From positions 62,616 through 126,615 of the forward strand of contig CAYWPP010000001.1 of the NCBI GenBank assembly GCA_964460475.1: a stretch of 64,000 nucleotides of DNA, given 5' to 3'. Shown piece by piece: positions 1 to 8,332 of the stretch. Source of the DNA: an uncultured Candidatus Peribacteria bacterium. GTDB lineage: Bacteria > Patescibacteriota > Gracilibacteria > Peribacterales > Peribacteraceae. The position numbers and the translations under genes were made by a program. Under the pieces are notes generated by a model. The model did not search any database and was not told the DNA's origin. It worked only from the letters and a program-made list of their open reading frames with translations. How positions within the stretch are numbered: the stretch's first letter is position 1; every line of letters begins with the position of its first letter.

Positions 1-132
1 TACGTGGATTCGGGGGATTACGCCACGTACATGGATACGCAGCAGAAGATCAACATCCAGCTTCTGGAGGAACTTGCGAAGGAGAAGGTGGAGATGGCCT
101 TCCCGACGAGGACGATCTACATGGCGAAGTAG
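1..132 (+). CDS. Mechanosensitive ion channel (MscS family), C-terminal fragment; 5' end lies outside the window
   Basis: Frame 1 is open from base 1 to TAG at 130-132. The translation YVDSGDYATYMDTQQKINIQLLEELAKEKVEMAFPTRTIYMAK resembles the conserved MscS C-terminal beta domain (SGDY ... FP.R). Confidence 0.6.
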   Translation, partial: YVDSGDYATYMDTQQKINIQLLEELAKEKVEMAFPTRTIYMAK

Positions 133-138
133 CGAACA

Positions 139-366
139 TCAATTCTTCTCCAGATTCTTCCGTGTGGCCTTTCTGATTTCCTCCTGGATTTCCTCTTCCG
201 TGAATCCTGCATTTCTTGCTTCACGGGCAATGTCCGGAAGATTTTCCGGTATCAGGGCAGCACGTGCGTCAATCGCCATCTTATATTTTGCAGGAAGGAG
301 ATGTTCATACGACACTCCCATTTTTTCAGATTCATCTTCCGGTCGTTCTGTCTCAGGTTCATGCAT
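139..366 (-). CDS. Small hypothetical protein (75 aa, acidic)
   Basis: ATG-initiated ORF, convergent with the MscS fragment. No recognisable family; coding status is uncertain. Confidence 0.4.
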   Translation of the reverse strand: MHEPETERPEDESEKMGVSYEHLLPAKYKMAIDARAALIPENLPDIAREARNAGFTEEEIQEEIRKATRKNLEKN

Positions 367-386
367 ATGGATGCATGGTACATGAA

Positions 387-399
387 TGGCGGGGCTGAC
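387..399. repeat. 13-bp exact copy (TGGCGGGGCTGAC) of the 3' acceptor end of the neighbouring tRNA-Asp
   Basis: Identical 13-mer at 387-399 and 477-489. No matching 5' acceptor strand, so this is a fragment and not a second tRNA. Confidence 0.7.
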
Positions 400-476
400 C
401 CATTCGACTCACTTTGTTCGCTTAGGGTCATGATGCTGTTGAAGATTTCAAAGCGCTGTTTGATGTCTATGGATTC

Positions 477-553
477 TGGCGGGGCTGACGGGACTCGAAC
501 CCGCGACCTCTTCCGTGACAGGGAAGCGCTCTAACCAGCTGAGCTACAGCCCC
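477..553 (-). tRNA. tRNA-Asp (anticodon GTC), CCA encoded
   Basis: The reverse complement GGGGCTGTAGCTCAGCTGGTTAGAGCGCTTCCCTGTCACGGAAGAGGTCGCGGGTTCGAGTCCCGTCAGCCCCGCCA folds as a cloverleaf. Anticodon loop is CTGTCAC. Confidence 0.95.
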
Positions 554-596
554 AGATGGGCCGGCAAAGAGTAGCAGATGCAACACGTTATTGACA

Positions 597-1688
597 ATGC
601 GCTTCAATGAGTCCTACGATCAATCTCCTATGGATAAACACCTTGAAAAACTCGACGAAGCAGAAGCAACAGAGCCGATGAACACCTTGGTTGAACCTGC
701 CCAGCATGCAGAAGTAGTGCAGAGGCGAGTGATGGAATTGATGGGAGATGCGTATTTCCGTGCCGGAAAGTTCAAGGAAGGACAAGAAACATACGAAAAA
801 GCCGGATTACAGGCCACGCGTGATCAGCTTCTTGCGTGTGCAGACGCCTGTGTAGAGCACGCAGACTGCGACACAGCTATTCGGATCTACAGCGAGCAGG
901 GAGCAATTGCCAAACTTCTTGAGTACGGTAAGGCATTGGAGAAACAGAGATGGCGTGAAAAAGCTGTCCTTGCTTATCGCCTGGCCGGAGCGAAAGATGC
1001 AATCCTATCCTGTGGCAAAAGAGCAATTCAGGAAGGAGGGTTGGATGACGCGAAAAAGATTTTTGAAGAATTGGAAGAGCCTATGCCAAAGGAGATGCTT
1101 GCGGCCCGTGGTAACAAATGGCTCATGGATGGTAATTTACACGCTGGACGTATCGCGTATAAAATGGCAGGGATAGATATCCCAAGAGAGATGTTGATTG
1201 CATGCGGGGAGGTGTGCTCCCAAAAAAAAGATCTATCTAACGCAGTTGAAGCATTTGCAGCCGCAGGGGGAGCTGATAAGGAGCTGACTGTATTGGGGAA
1301 AATGTGTATGACCAAAGACACAGAATCGGGTTCGCACTCCACAGACTCACCTTACAAGGCCTTTCGTGCTGCCGGCAATAAAGAGGAGCTTTTGGCATGT
1401 GGTGATTGGTACGCTGCAAACGACCGCATCAGCTTGGCATTACAATGCTATGAAGAGGGAGGTGCCTCAAAAGAAAAATTCTTGGAGTGCGGGAAGCGCG
1501 CTTTGGAAAAGGAATGGGTCGATGTTGCAGCGAAAGCATATGAGCTGGCAGGCGAAAAGATTCCCGTCAAAACTCTTATTGAAATTGGTGACAGACACTT
1601 GCACACATTCGAAAGACACCCCCAGCTCGCCTTAGACGTCTATAAAATCGTGGCGAATATGGAATTGAAGGATGCTGATCAGCAGTGA
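597..1688 (+). CDS. Hypothetical alpha-helical repeat protein with about 10 copies of a 29-33 aa unit
   Basis: Long ORF (TTG at 591, ATG at 597). Repeat consensus is LLxCG-x11-A-x3-Y-x2-AG, for example LLACADACVEHADCDTAIRIYSEQG, LIACGEVCSQKKDLSNAVEAFAAAG, FLECGKRALEKEWVDVAAKAYELAG. GC looks lower than in the neighbours. Confidence 0.7.
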   Translation: MRFNESYDQSPMDKHLEKLDEAEATEPMNTLVEPAQHAEVVQRRVMELMGDAYFRAGKFKEGQETYEKAGLQATRDQLLACADACVEHADCDTAIRIYSEQGAIAKLLEYGKALEKQRWREKAVLAYRLAGAKDAILSCGKRAIQEGGLDDAKKIFEELEEPMPKEMLAARGNKWLMDGNLHAGRIAYKMAGIDIPREMLIACGEVCSQKKDLSNAVEAFAAAGGADKELTVLGKMCMTKDTESGSHSTDSPYKAFRAAGNKEELLACGDWYAANDRISLALQCYEEGGASKEKFLECGKRALEKEWVDVAAKAYELAGEKIPVKTLIEIGDRHLHTFERHPQLALDVYKIVANMELKDADQQ

Positions 1689-1698
1689 GTCACTGCTG
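1680..1698 (+). terminator. Hairpin overlapping the stop codon of the repeat-protein gene (possible terminator)
   Basis: CAGCAGTG-agt-CACTGCTG forms an 8-bp stem. The downstream T-run is weak. Confidence 0.3.
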
Positions 1699-1783
1699 TC
1701 TCCATTCGATCATGCCAGTACCCGGCTGAATTTCACGCACATGGCTGACAATGCAAACGGGACGGCGCCGGAGCTCATAAGAG

Positions 1784-3256
1784 CTACTCGCTGATCTTCA
1801 GCTCCGCGATGGAAGGCACGCCGAGCGTCCCTCCTCCGCCGACCGATGAGAGCGACAGGTTGACCACTTCCTCCTGTTCGGAAGGGACGGCGTCGTCGAT
1901 CACGGGGACGAAGAAGACTTTCTTCGTCTCGCCGGGGGCGAAGGTGAGCGTGCCGTTCACGGGGGTGTAGTCGCTGTTCGATGCGGCGGATCCGCCGGTC
2001 GTCGCGTAGTTGACGGTCACCGTTCCCTTGGAACCGTTGATGCGCGAGACGGTGATGGCCGCATGACCGACGCTCTCGACCACGCTGTAGCTCGACTTGT
2101 CGAAACGGATCGTTCCCGTGCCCGTCACGTACGACGACATGTCGTCGTCTGCGATGCTGAGGAGCGAGGTGGACGGCGTCGCCATCTGCGAGCCCGTGGG
2201 ATTCGAGAGCGTGAGGTTCACGGTCTTGTTGCCCGCGATGTCGCTGTTGTTGATGACCGATACCGTGAAGGTCTTGGACGCTTCTCCGGAGGAGAAGTTC
2301 AGCGTGCCGCTGACGGGGTTATAGTTGGCGGTATTCGCGGTGCCGTGGCTGGTGGCGTAATCCACGGATGCCGCGGCCGACGTGGAACCGTACCGCACGA
2401 CCGTGATCGTGGCGGAGCCCTGGTCCTCGCCCACGGTGTACTCGGACGCGCCGAACGCGAAGCCGACGACCGTGTTCGTACCCGCGGCGCTGGACGATGA
2501 ACCGCCACTGCCTCCCGGCACGCCTCCGTCGTTATCGAGGATCGTCACGACCATCTCCGAGGGGCTGCCGAGCACGGCGCCTCCCGTGGGATTGCCGAGG
2601 ATGATGTGGAACGTTTCGTGAATTTCTCCGACCTTGTCTTCGACGATGGCGATCGTGATGATCTTCTGGGTTTCACCGTCCGCGAACGAGACGACGCCGC
2701 TCGTTCCGCTGAAGTCCTCTCCGCTCTTGGCCGTGGCACCGCTCAATGTATAGGTGACGTTCGCCGCTCCCTTGCTGCCGTCCACACGATTAATGGTGAG
2801 CGACAGGTTACGCGAACTCTCGACGATGTCGACCTCATCCTTGCTGAACCGGAATGCGCCCGCGGCTCCGGCCTGCACGGAGGAGCTGCTGCTGGAAGAA
2901 GAGGAAGAGGAGCGCGAACTTGAAGAACGCGATGAGCTGCTGGAAGAGGATGATGAACTCGTTCCGTTGACGGGAAGACCTTTCAGCTCGTTTCGGAGGC
3001 GCATCATCAGGACCGCCACCTGTCCGCGCGTGACGTAGTCATTGGGACCGAAGCGGCCGTCTTCGTATCCCTGGATCACGCCGAGTCCCGCCATCTCACC
3101 GACGGCGACGTCGTAGAACGCGCCGGCCTGTACATCCGGATAGAGGACGGACCCTCTCACCGCGGCAGTCACGCGCTGCGCGAAGAAACCGAGAACGAAT
3201 CCGGCAAGGAGCGTGCCGACGAACAACGTGAGGATGTTCCTGCGCGAGAGCGTCAT
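1784..3256 (-). CDS. Cell-surface protein: N-terminal membrane anchor, one SLH domain, poly-Ser linker, three Calx-beta domains
   Basis: Hydrophobic N-terminus ILTLFVGTLLAGFVLGFF. SLH-like segment FYDVAVGEMAGLGVIQGYEDGRFGPNDYVTRGQVAVLMMRL. Long S/R-rich run. Three units of about 105 aa with the Calx-beta pattern (V.Y.T..GTA..G.DF....G.L.F..GE..K...V.I.DD). Confidence 0.8.
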   Translation of the reverse strand: MTLSRRNILTLFVGTLLAGFVLGFFAQRVTAAVRGSVLYPDVQAGAFYDVAVGEMAGLGVIQGYEDGRFGPNDYVTRGQVAVLMMRLRNELKGLPVNGTSSSSSSSSSSRSSSSRSSSSSSSSSSSVQAGAAGAFRFSKDEVDIVESSRNLSLTINRVDGSKGAANVTYTLSGATAKSGEDFSGTSGVVSFADGETQKIITIAIVEDKVGEIHETFHIILGNPTGGAVLGSPSEMVVTILDNDGGVPGGSGGSSSSAAGTNTVVGFAFGASEYTVGEDQGSATITVVRYGSTSAAASVDYATSHGTANTANYNPVSGTLNFSSGEASKTFTVSVINNSDIAGNKTVNLTLSNPTGSQMATPSTSLLSIADDDMSSYVTGTGTIRFDKSSYSVVESVGHAAITVSRINGSKGTVTVNYATTGGSAASNSDYTPVNGTLTFAPGETKKVFFVPVIDDAVPSEQEEVVNLSLSSVGGGGTLGVPSIAELKISE

Positions 3257-3336
3257 GCGTGGAGGGGGAAGAAAACGCAGGAGAGTATGCCAAAACCGTC
3301 CGGTTCATGCAATGAACGACGAGTCGCGGCACAGCC

Positions 3337-5034
3337 TCATGCCGCTCCGTTTCCCCATGCCTTCTTCAGGTACTCCTGCACGCAGCGGTGCGTGTTGAAC
3401 CTGGCGAGCAGACCGATGGAACGTTTCATGCGATGGATCCACCGCGCACGCTTCGCGTAGTAGTACTCGGGGATGACTTCGTACTGAAGTTGCGTGTAGA
3501 GATCTTCGGCGTCGATCTTGCGGTGCTCCGCTCCGTTTGCGAGTGCTTCCGCAAGAGGCCCCACGCGCCAGCCGGCTTCGCTGTCCTGCTCGTAGCCTTC
3601 CACCCACCAGCCGTCGAGCGTGGAGAGATTGAGGACGCCGTTCATGCACGCCTTCATGCCGGAGGTTCCCGACGCCTCCATGAGACGCATGGGCGTGTTG
3701 AGCCAGACGTCGGCACCCTGCACGAGGAGTTTCGCAAGATCGGGATTGTAGTTGGGGAGATAGACGATGCGTATCCAATCTTTCAGTTCGCGGCTGCGCT
3801 CGATCATGCGCCGGATCACTTCCTGCCCGAAGGGGTCCAGAGGATGCGCGTTTCCCGCGTGGATGATCTGCACCCGTCCGTGCGCGACGGACCGGAGTCG
3901 CTCCAGATTCGTGTAGAGGAGCTCGGGGCGTTTGTACGCGACGACACGACGCGCCGACGCGATGGTGAGAGTGTGTTCGTGGAACGGGTCGTCGGTGTAC
4001 TTGTTCACTTCCGCGATCAGCCTCTTCTTGGCTTCCTGATGGGCTCCCCAGAGTTCCTCATCGGGAATGTTCGGATTCCCCTCATCAAGGAGGGAGGGAT
4101 CGGAGCGCCAGCCCGGAATATGTGCATCGAGCAGGGAGGCGATCTCGGGAGACGCCCAGGACGTGTGGTGCACGCCGTTCGTAATGTGGTCGATGGTCTC
4201 GCCCGGGAACATGGCGCGGGAGACGCCGCCGTGCACCCGAGAGACGCCGCAGGTGTAGCGGCTCAAGTGCAGTGCGAGGAGCGTCATGGAGAGACGGTCT
4301 TCTCCCGCGAGTTTCTTGATGTGCCACGGCAACATGTCGCCGACCACGCGCCACGCGAGGTCATAGTCGAACACGTCGTGTCCGGCCGGTACGGGCGTAT
4401 GCGTGGTGAAGGCGCACGATGCACGCACGGCCTCGTCGTCGAATCCGCGTTCGCGCAGAAGCTCGAGCGTAAGGAACGCCGCGTGTCCTTCGTTCATGTG
4501 GAATGTGCCGATATCGTCGTGACCCAGAGCGCGCAACATGCGCACGCCGCCGATGCCGAGCACGATCTCCTGCTTTAAGCGCATCGCACCGTCGCCGCCG
4601 TACAGGTACTTCGTGATGTCGCGATCCTCCGGCGTATTGTCCGGAAGGTTGGTGTTCAGGAAGTAGACGGGCACGGTGAAGTCGTCGCTCTTGATGTCGT
4701 ACCGCCACGCACCGACCTTCACGGTTCGTCCTTCACAGGAAACCTCGACCGTCTGCTCCACTCTCGTCATCGTTTCCTCGGGATTCCAGTCCTGCTGTTC
4801 GTAGTGCTGCGTGCCGTCCCGCGCGATGTCCTGATGCAGGTATCCGTGCTGCCACGCGACGGTGACGCAAGCAGACGGAACCTTCAGGTCCGCACAGGAG
4901 CGCATGATGTCCGCCGCGAGCATGCCGAGCCCTCCCGCGTACGTCGGAATCGAACGCTGCAGTCCGATTTCCATGGTGAAATAGGCGACGGTGAGCGGCG
5001 GGGCGGCTGAAGGTTTTGTGGATGTGGAAGCCAT
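3337..5034 (-). CDS. glgP: Alpha-glucan (glycogen/maltodextrin) phosphorylase, GT35 family
   Basis: N-terminus VAYFTMEIGL...YAGGLGMLAAD and the PLP-lysine motif EASGTSGMKA. Confidence 0.9.
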   Translation of the reverse strand: MASTSTKPSAAPPLTVAYFTMEIGLQRSIPTYAGGLGMLAADIMRSCADLKVPSACVTVAWQHGYLHQDIARDGTQHYEQQDWNPEETMTRVEQTVEVSCEGRTVKVGAWRYDIKSDDFTVPVYFLNTNLPDNTPEDRDITKYLYGGDGAMRLKQEIVLGIGGVRMLRALGHDDIGTFHMNEGHAAFLTLELLRERGFDDEAVRASCAFTTHTPVPAGHDVFDYDLAWRVVGDMLPWHIKKLAGEDRLSMTLLALHLSRYTCGVSRVHGGVSRAMFPGETIDHITNGVHHTSWASPEIASLLDAHIPGWRSDPSLLDEGNPNIPDEELWGAHQEAKKRLIAEVNKYTDDPFHEHTLTIASARRVVAYKRPELLYTNLERLRSVAHGRVQIIHAGNAHPLDPFGQEVIRRMIERSRELKDWIRIVYLPNYNPDLAKLLVQGADVWLNTPMRLMEASGTSGMKACMNGVLNLSTLDGWWVEGYEQDSEAGWRVGPLAEALANGAEHRKIDAEDLYTQLQYEVIPEYYYAKRARWIHRMKRSIGLLARFNTHRCVQEYLKKAWGNGAA

Positions 5035-5079
5035 GAATTCCCTCCATTATACAGGAAATTCGCGCCTGTTGCCACCTGC

Positions 5080-6093
5080 TCAGGGCAACGCGTATCCCGA
5101 GAAGAAGCGCCAGATGTGCTCCGCGGCGGAGACGTCGCCGTTGGCCGGTCCGGCGATCTCGTTCCACAGGCGGCAGGGCTGACCCAGGGGCGCCCGCTCG
5201 CAGGCAGGGAACATCGCCGTGCCGGGCCACGCGTGACCGAGTTCTTCGATCTTCAGGAGCGAGACCGCAGCTCCGTCGCGGCACTCCGTTGCCGTCATGC
5301 GCACCGCGCCGTTCACAAACTCCGTGGTGAGTCCCTCGGCACACCCGTAGAGAGACATTCTGTCGTTCAGTTCGGTGGTGACCGCCGGGCAGTCCCATCT
5401 CTCACCGTCGCCTGCGGGCAGTCCCATGGCCGCGAGGAGTTCCGCGAAGCAACCGCCGCACGTTCCTCCTTCAAACGGAACGCACTCATCCTGCACGCCA
5501 TGCACGTGCAACACCGGAACGGCACGCTCCTGTACACAATCTGTGCGTAGCGCTCCGTGACCTCCCACCGGCGCGATGGCGGTAATGCGATTGCTCAGAT
5601 CACAGGCGAGACGATAGGCGAGCAGCGCGCCGTTGGAGTGGCCCGTGACGTAGATCCTCTTCGCATCGATCGGCAACGATGCCTCCAGACCGTCCAACAC
5701 TCCCGCGATGAACGAGATGTCATCGACACCTTCGCGCATGGCGCGCCCGCAGCATGCCTCGGCATTCCACGTGGCAAGCAAATTACCACCGATGGCGGGA
5801 CCGATACCTTCGGGATACGCCACGATGAATCCTTCCCTGTCGGCAACCGCATCGAGTCCGAATGTGGAGCGCGCTTGTGCGGCATTGCCGCCGCCACCGT
5901 GCAGCGCAAGAACGAGGGGTACGGAAGAGTCACGCGGCAGGTAGACGGGAACATGTATGAGCGCCTTCCTCTTGTATCCCTCATGCACGAACGTCAGTTC
6001 CTCACCGTCCAACACGGGCACCGTGGTTCGCTCGGAACCGGACATGCATCCGGCAAGCAGGAAGGAAAGGAGGAGGAGCCACGCCGATTTCAT
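5080..6093 (-). CDS. Secreted lipoprotein esterase, PHB-depolymerase (LpqC-like) family
   Basis: Lipobox LLAGC. HGGGGN oxyanion region and nucleophile elbow GHSNGA. Confidence 0.75.
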   Translation of the reverse strand: MKSAWLLLLSFLLAGCMSGSERTTVPVLDGEELTFVHEGYKRKALIHVPVYLPRDSSVPLVLALHGGGGNAAQARSTFGLDAVADREGFIVAYPEGIGPAIGGNLLATWNAEACCGRAMREGVDDISFIAGVLDGLEASLPIDAKRIYVTGHSNGALLAYRLACDLSNRITAIAPVGGHGALRTDCVQERAVPVLHVHGVQDECVPFEGGTCGGCFAELLAAMGLPAGDGERWDCPAVTTELNDRMSLYGCAEGLTTEFVNGAVRMTATECRDGAAVSLLKIEELGHAWPGTAMFPACERAPLGQPCRLWNEIAGPANGDVSAAEHIWRFFSGYALP

Positions 6094-6161
6094 GGCGTCA
6101 TGCTACACGCTTTCCCCGGAAGCGTCGCATCAAGGCGGTTCAGACTGTAGGATACGCGCCG

Positions 6162-7553
6162 ATGGCCGCACTCGATCCCCACATCTTCCGCGCGTACGAC
6201 ATTCGCGGAAAGGCGCTCACACAGCTGACGGAGGAGGCCGCGCGCTTGATAGGCAGAGGATTCGGATCAGTGCTGCGCGAACTGTACGGCACGGATCACC
6301 CGCGGGTCGCCGTGGGGCGCGACGCACGCACGCACGGTCCGGTTCTGGAGCACGCCGTGATCGACGGACTCACGTCAGTCGGATGCATGGTCGAGAGAAT
6401 CGGCATGACCTCCAGTCCCGTCAGCTACTTCACCGTCGTCAACCGCACGCTCGACGGATCGGTACAGGTGACGGCGAGTCATAACCCGAAGGAGGACAAC
6501 GGACTGAAGCTGCAGATCAGAGATGCGGAAGCGTACGCGGGTGACGATCTGCAATCGCTCAGGAAGCGCATCGAAGAGAATGCTTTTGCGGCTCCCTCTG
6601 CGGGGAACGTGAGTGATCTCGATGCGATCACGCCTTATCTCGAACATCTGTCGAAACTCTTCGGGCGGTGCGCGGAAGAACTGACGGTGATTCTCGACGG
6701 CGGAAACGGCGTCGCGGGGCCGACGTATCTGGAAGCCCTGCTGCAAGCTGGTGCGCGCGTGAAGGGACTCTTCATCGAACCGGATGGAGAATTTCCGAAT
6801 CACCCGGCGGACCCGAGCAAGCATGCGACGCTCCGCGATCTGCAGGAGGAAGTGAAGCGGGGAAAAGCATCATGCGGCATCGCGTTTGACGGCGACGGTG
6901 ACAGAGTCGGACTGGTCGACGAGAAGGGAAACATCGTGAGCGCCGACGAAATTCTCCTGCTGCTCGCCGAGGATCATCTGTCGCGGAAGAAGGGGGCGCC
7001 CGTTGTGTTCACCGTGAGTAACTCAGGAGTGCTGGAAAGCGAGATCACCCGCCTCGGCGGCAAGCCCGTCATGTGCAAGGTCGGTCATTCGTTCGTGGAG
7101 CACGCCATGCGCGAACACGGCGCGCTTCTGGGAGGAGAGCAATCCGGCCACTTCTTCTGCGGCGAAGACTACTTCGGCTACGACGATGCGCTCGTCGCCG
7201 CACTGCGCATCCTCCGCATTCTCAAGGAGAAACAGAAGCCTCTCTCACAGCTGTTGCAATCGTTCCCAAAGGCATACCAACTGCCCGAGTACCGACCGTT
7301 CTGTCCCGACGACCGCAAGAGTGCGATCGTTCAGGAGCTCACGACGTTCTTTGCGAAAGATCATCCCGTGCTCACGCTCGACGGAGCCCGCATCGACTTC
7401 GGAGACGGCGCCTGGGCGGGCATTCGTCAGAGCAACACAAGTCCGCGCCTGTCGATCATCGTGGAAGCGCGAAGCACCGAAAAACTCGAAGAGGTAAAAA
7501 CGGCCGTCTTCGGCGCGCTGGCCGCGTATCCGGAAGTACGTGAGGAGGAGTGA
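6162..7553 (+). CDS. Phosphoglucomutase/phosphomannomutase
   Basis: Active-site TASHNPKEDNGLK and metal-loop FDGDGDR. Confidence 0.92.
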   Translation: MAALDPHIFRAYDIRGKALTQLTEEAARLIGRGFGSVLRELYGTDHPRVAVGRDARTHGPVLEHAVIDGLTSVGCMVERIGMTSSPVSYFTVVNRTLDGSVQVTASHNPKEDNGLKLQIRDAEAYAGDDLQSLRKRIEENAFAAPSAGNVSDLDAITPYLEHLSKLFGRCAEELTVILDGGNGVAGPTYLEALLQAGARVKGLFIEPDGEFPNHPADPSKHATLRDLQEEVKRGKASCGIAFDGDGDRVGLVDEKGNIVSADEILLLLAEDHLSRKKGAPVVFTVSNSGVLESEITRLGGKPVMCKVGHSFVEHAMREHGALLGGEQSGHFFCGEDYFGYDDALVAALRILRILKEKQKPLSQLLQSFPKAYQLPEYRPFCPDDRKSAIVQELTTFFAKDHPVLTLDGARIDFGDGAWAGIRQSNTSPRLSIIVEARSTEKLEEVKTAVFGALAAYPEVREEE

Positions 7554-7565
7554 GGGCACTCCGTC

Positions 7566-8252
7566 TTACTCCTTGTCATTCTTCTCGATGACTTTTTCCT
7601 GCAGGCGTTTGGAGGGCAGGAACCCGAGCAGCAGGAAGACGATGTAGGCGGCGCAGGAAATACCGATGAGGTTCGCCATGAAGATGAGGAACGCGTTGTA
7701 CGCGGTGGAGTACTGGCCGACGGCGATCGCAATGCCGATCAGACAGAGCGGGGGCAGAAGCGAGACCGCTACTGCCACGCCGGCGATCGTTTCGGCAAGA
7801 TCCTCCTTCACCCACGCGAAGGCAGCGGCGACGCCGGAACAGAAGGCGATGAAAATGTAGATGCCGGCATCGATCGACTCGATCATCGTGACCGCGTTGC
7901 GGTACGCATACAGGTGCAGAAGGATGCGCGTGAGCAGCAACGACGTTCCGACGGAGAGGATCAACGAGAGCGCCAGGACTTTCACCGCCTGTACGCACCC
8001 GGCCACGGTGCCGTTTAAGAGCGACAGCGAAAGCAGAAGGATGGGGACCAGCAGAGGCGCCAGAATCATGCCGCCGATCACCACCGGCGTGTTCTGAGTC
8101 AGAATGCCCGGCGTGACGATCAGCGAGGCCAGAATCAGCAGGAGGTAGTACCCGCTCCGCATGGAGGAGAAGGAAATCAAGCGCGTGATGGCGTCCTGCT
8201 GCTCGTGCTTGCTGGCCTGCAGTAATGATTCTCTTTTTTTGAAGAAGAACAT
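7566..8252 (-). CDS. Integral membrane protein (DUF389-like)
   Basis: 228-aa ORF with about 6 hydrophobic helices. The family assignment is tentative. Confidence 0.6.
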   Translation of the reverse strand: MFFFKKRESLLQASKHEQQDAITRLISFSSMRSGYYLLLILASLIVTPGILTQNTPVVIGGMILAPLLVPILLLSLSLLNGTVAGCVQAVKVLALSLILSVGTSLLLTRILLHLYAYRNAVTMIESIDAGIYIFIAFCSGVAAAFAWVKEDLAETIAGVAVAVSLLPPLCLIGIAIAVGQYSTAYNAFLIFMANLIGISCAAYIVFLLLGFLPSKRLQEKVIEKNDKE

Positions 8253-8332
8253 TTCTCCTCAGTATACCATACTTTTCCTCAGTGGTGGAGTGGATCGGTG
8301 CGCCGTCCGCGGAGCCCTGCTATGGTGCCGCC

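Noticed and set aside
387-476. A second, degenerate tRNA gene upstream of tRNA-Asp.
   Set aside because: Only the 13-nt 3' acceptor segment is shared. No complementary 5' acceptor strand, D-arm or anticodon arm can be drawn.
1222-1229. The A8 homopolymer inside the repeat-protein gene, as a phase-variation switch.
   Set aside because: It is a single short tract encoding KKK in frame. There is no evidence of length variation within one sequence. It is mentioned only as supporting colour.
2877-2960. Simple-sequence DNA: the AGC/GGA-rich tract at 2877-2960 and the GGC/GAT-rich tract at 52829-53098. These could be microsatellites or CRISPR-like repeats.
   Set aside because: Both are in-frame coding low complexity (a poly-Ser linker and a Gly/Asp spacer). 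They have no regular repeat-spacer periodicity.
5035-5051. GGAGGG 6 nt upstream of the glgP ATG, as a classical Shine-Dalgarno.
   Set aside because: Not rejected outright but left unresolved. A perfect TATAAT sits immediately upstream (5051-5046 on the minus strand, 11 nt from the ATG). If that element is used, most of the GGAGG would be excluded from the mRNA.
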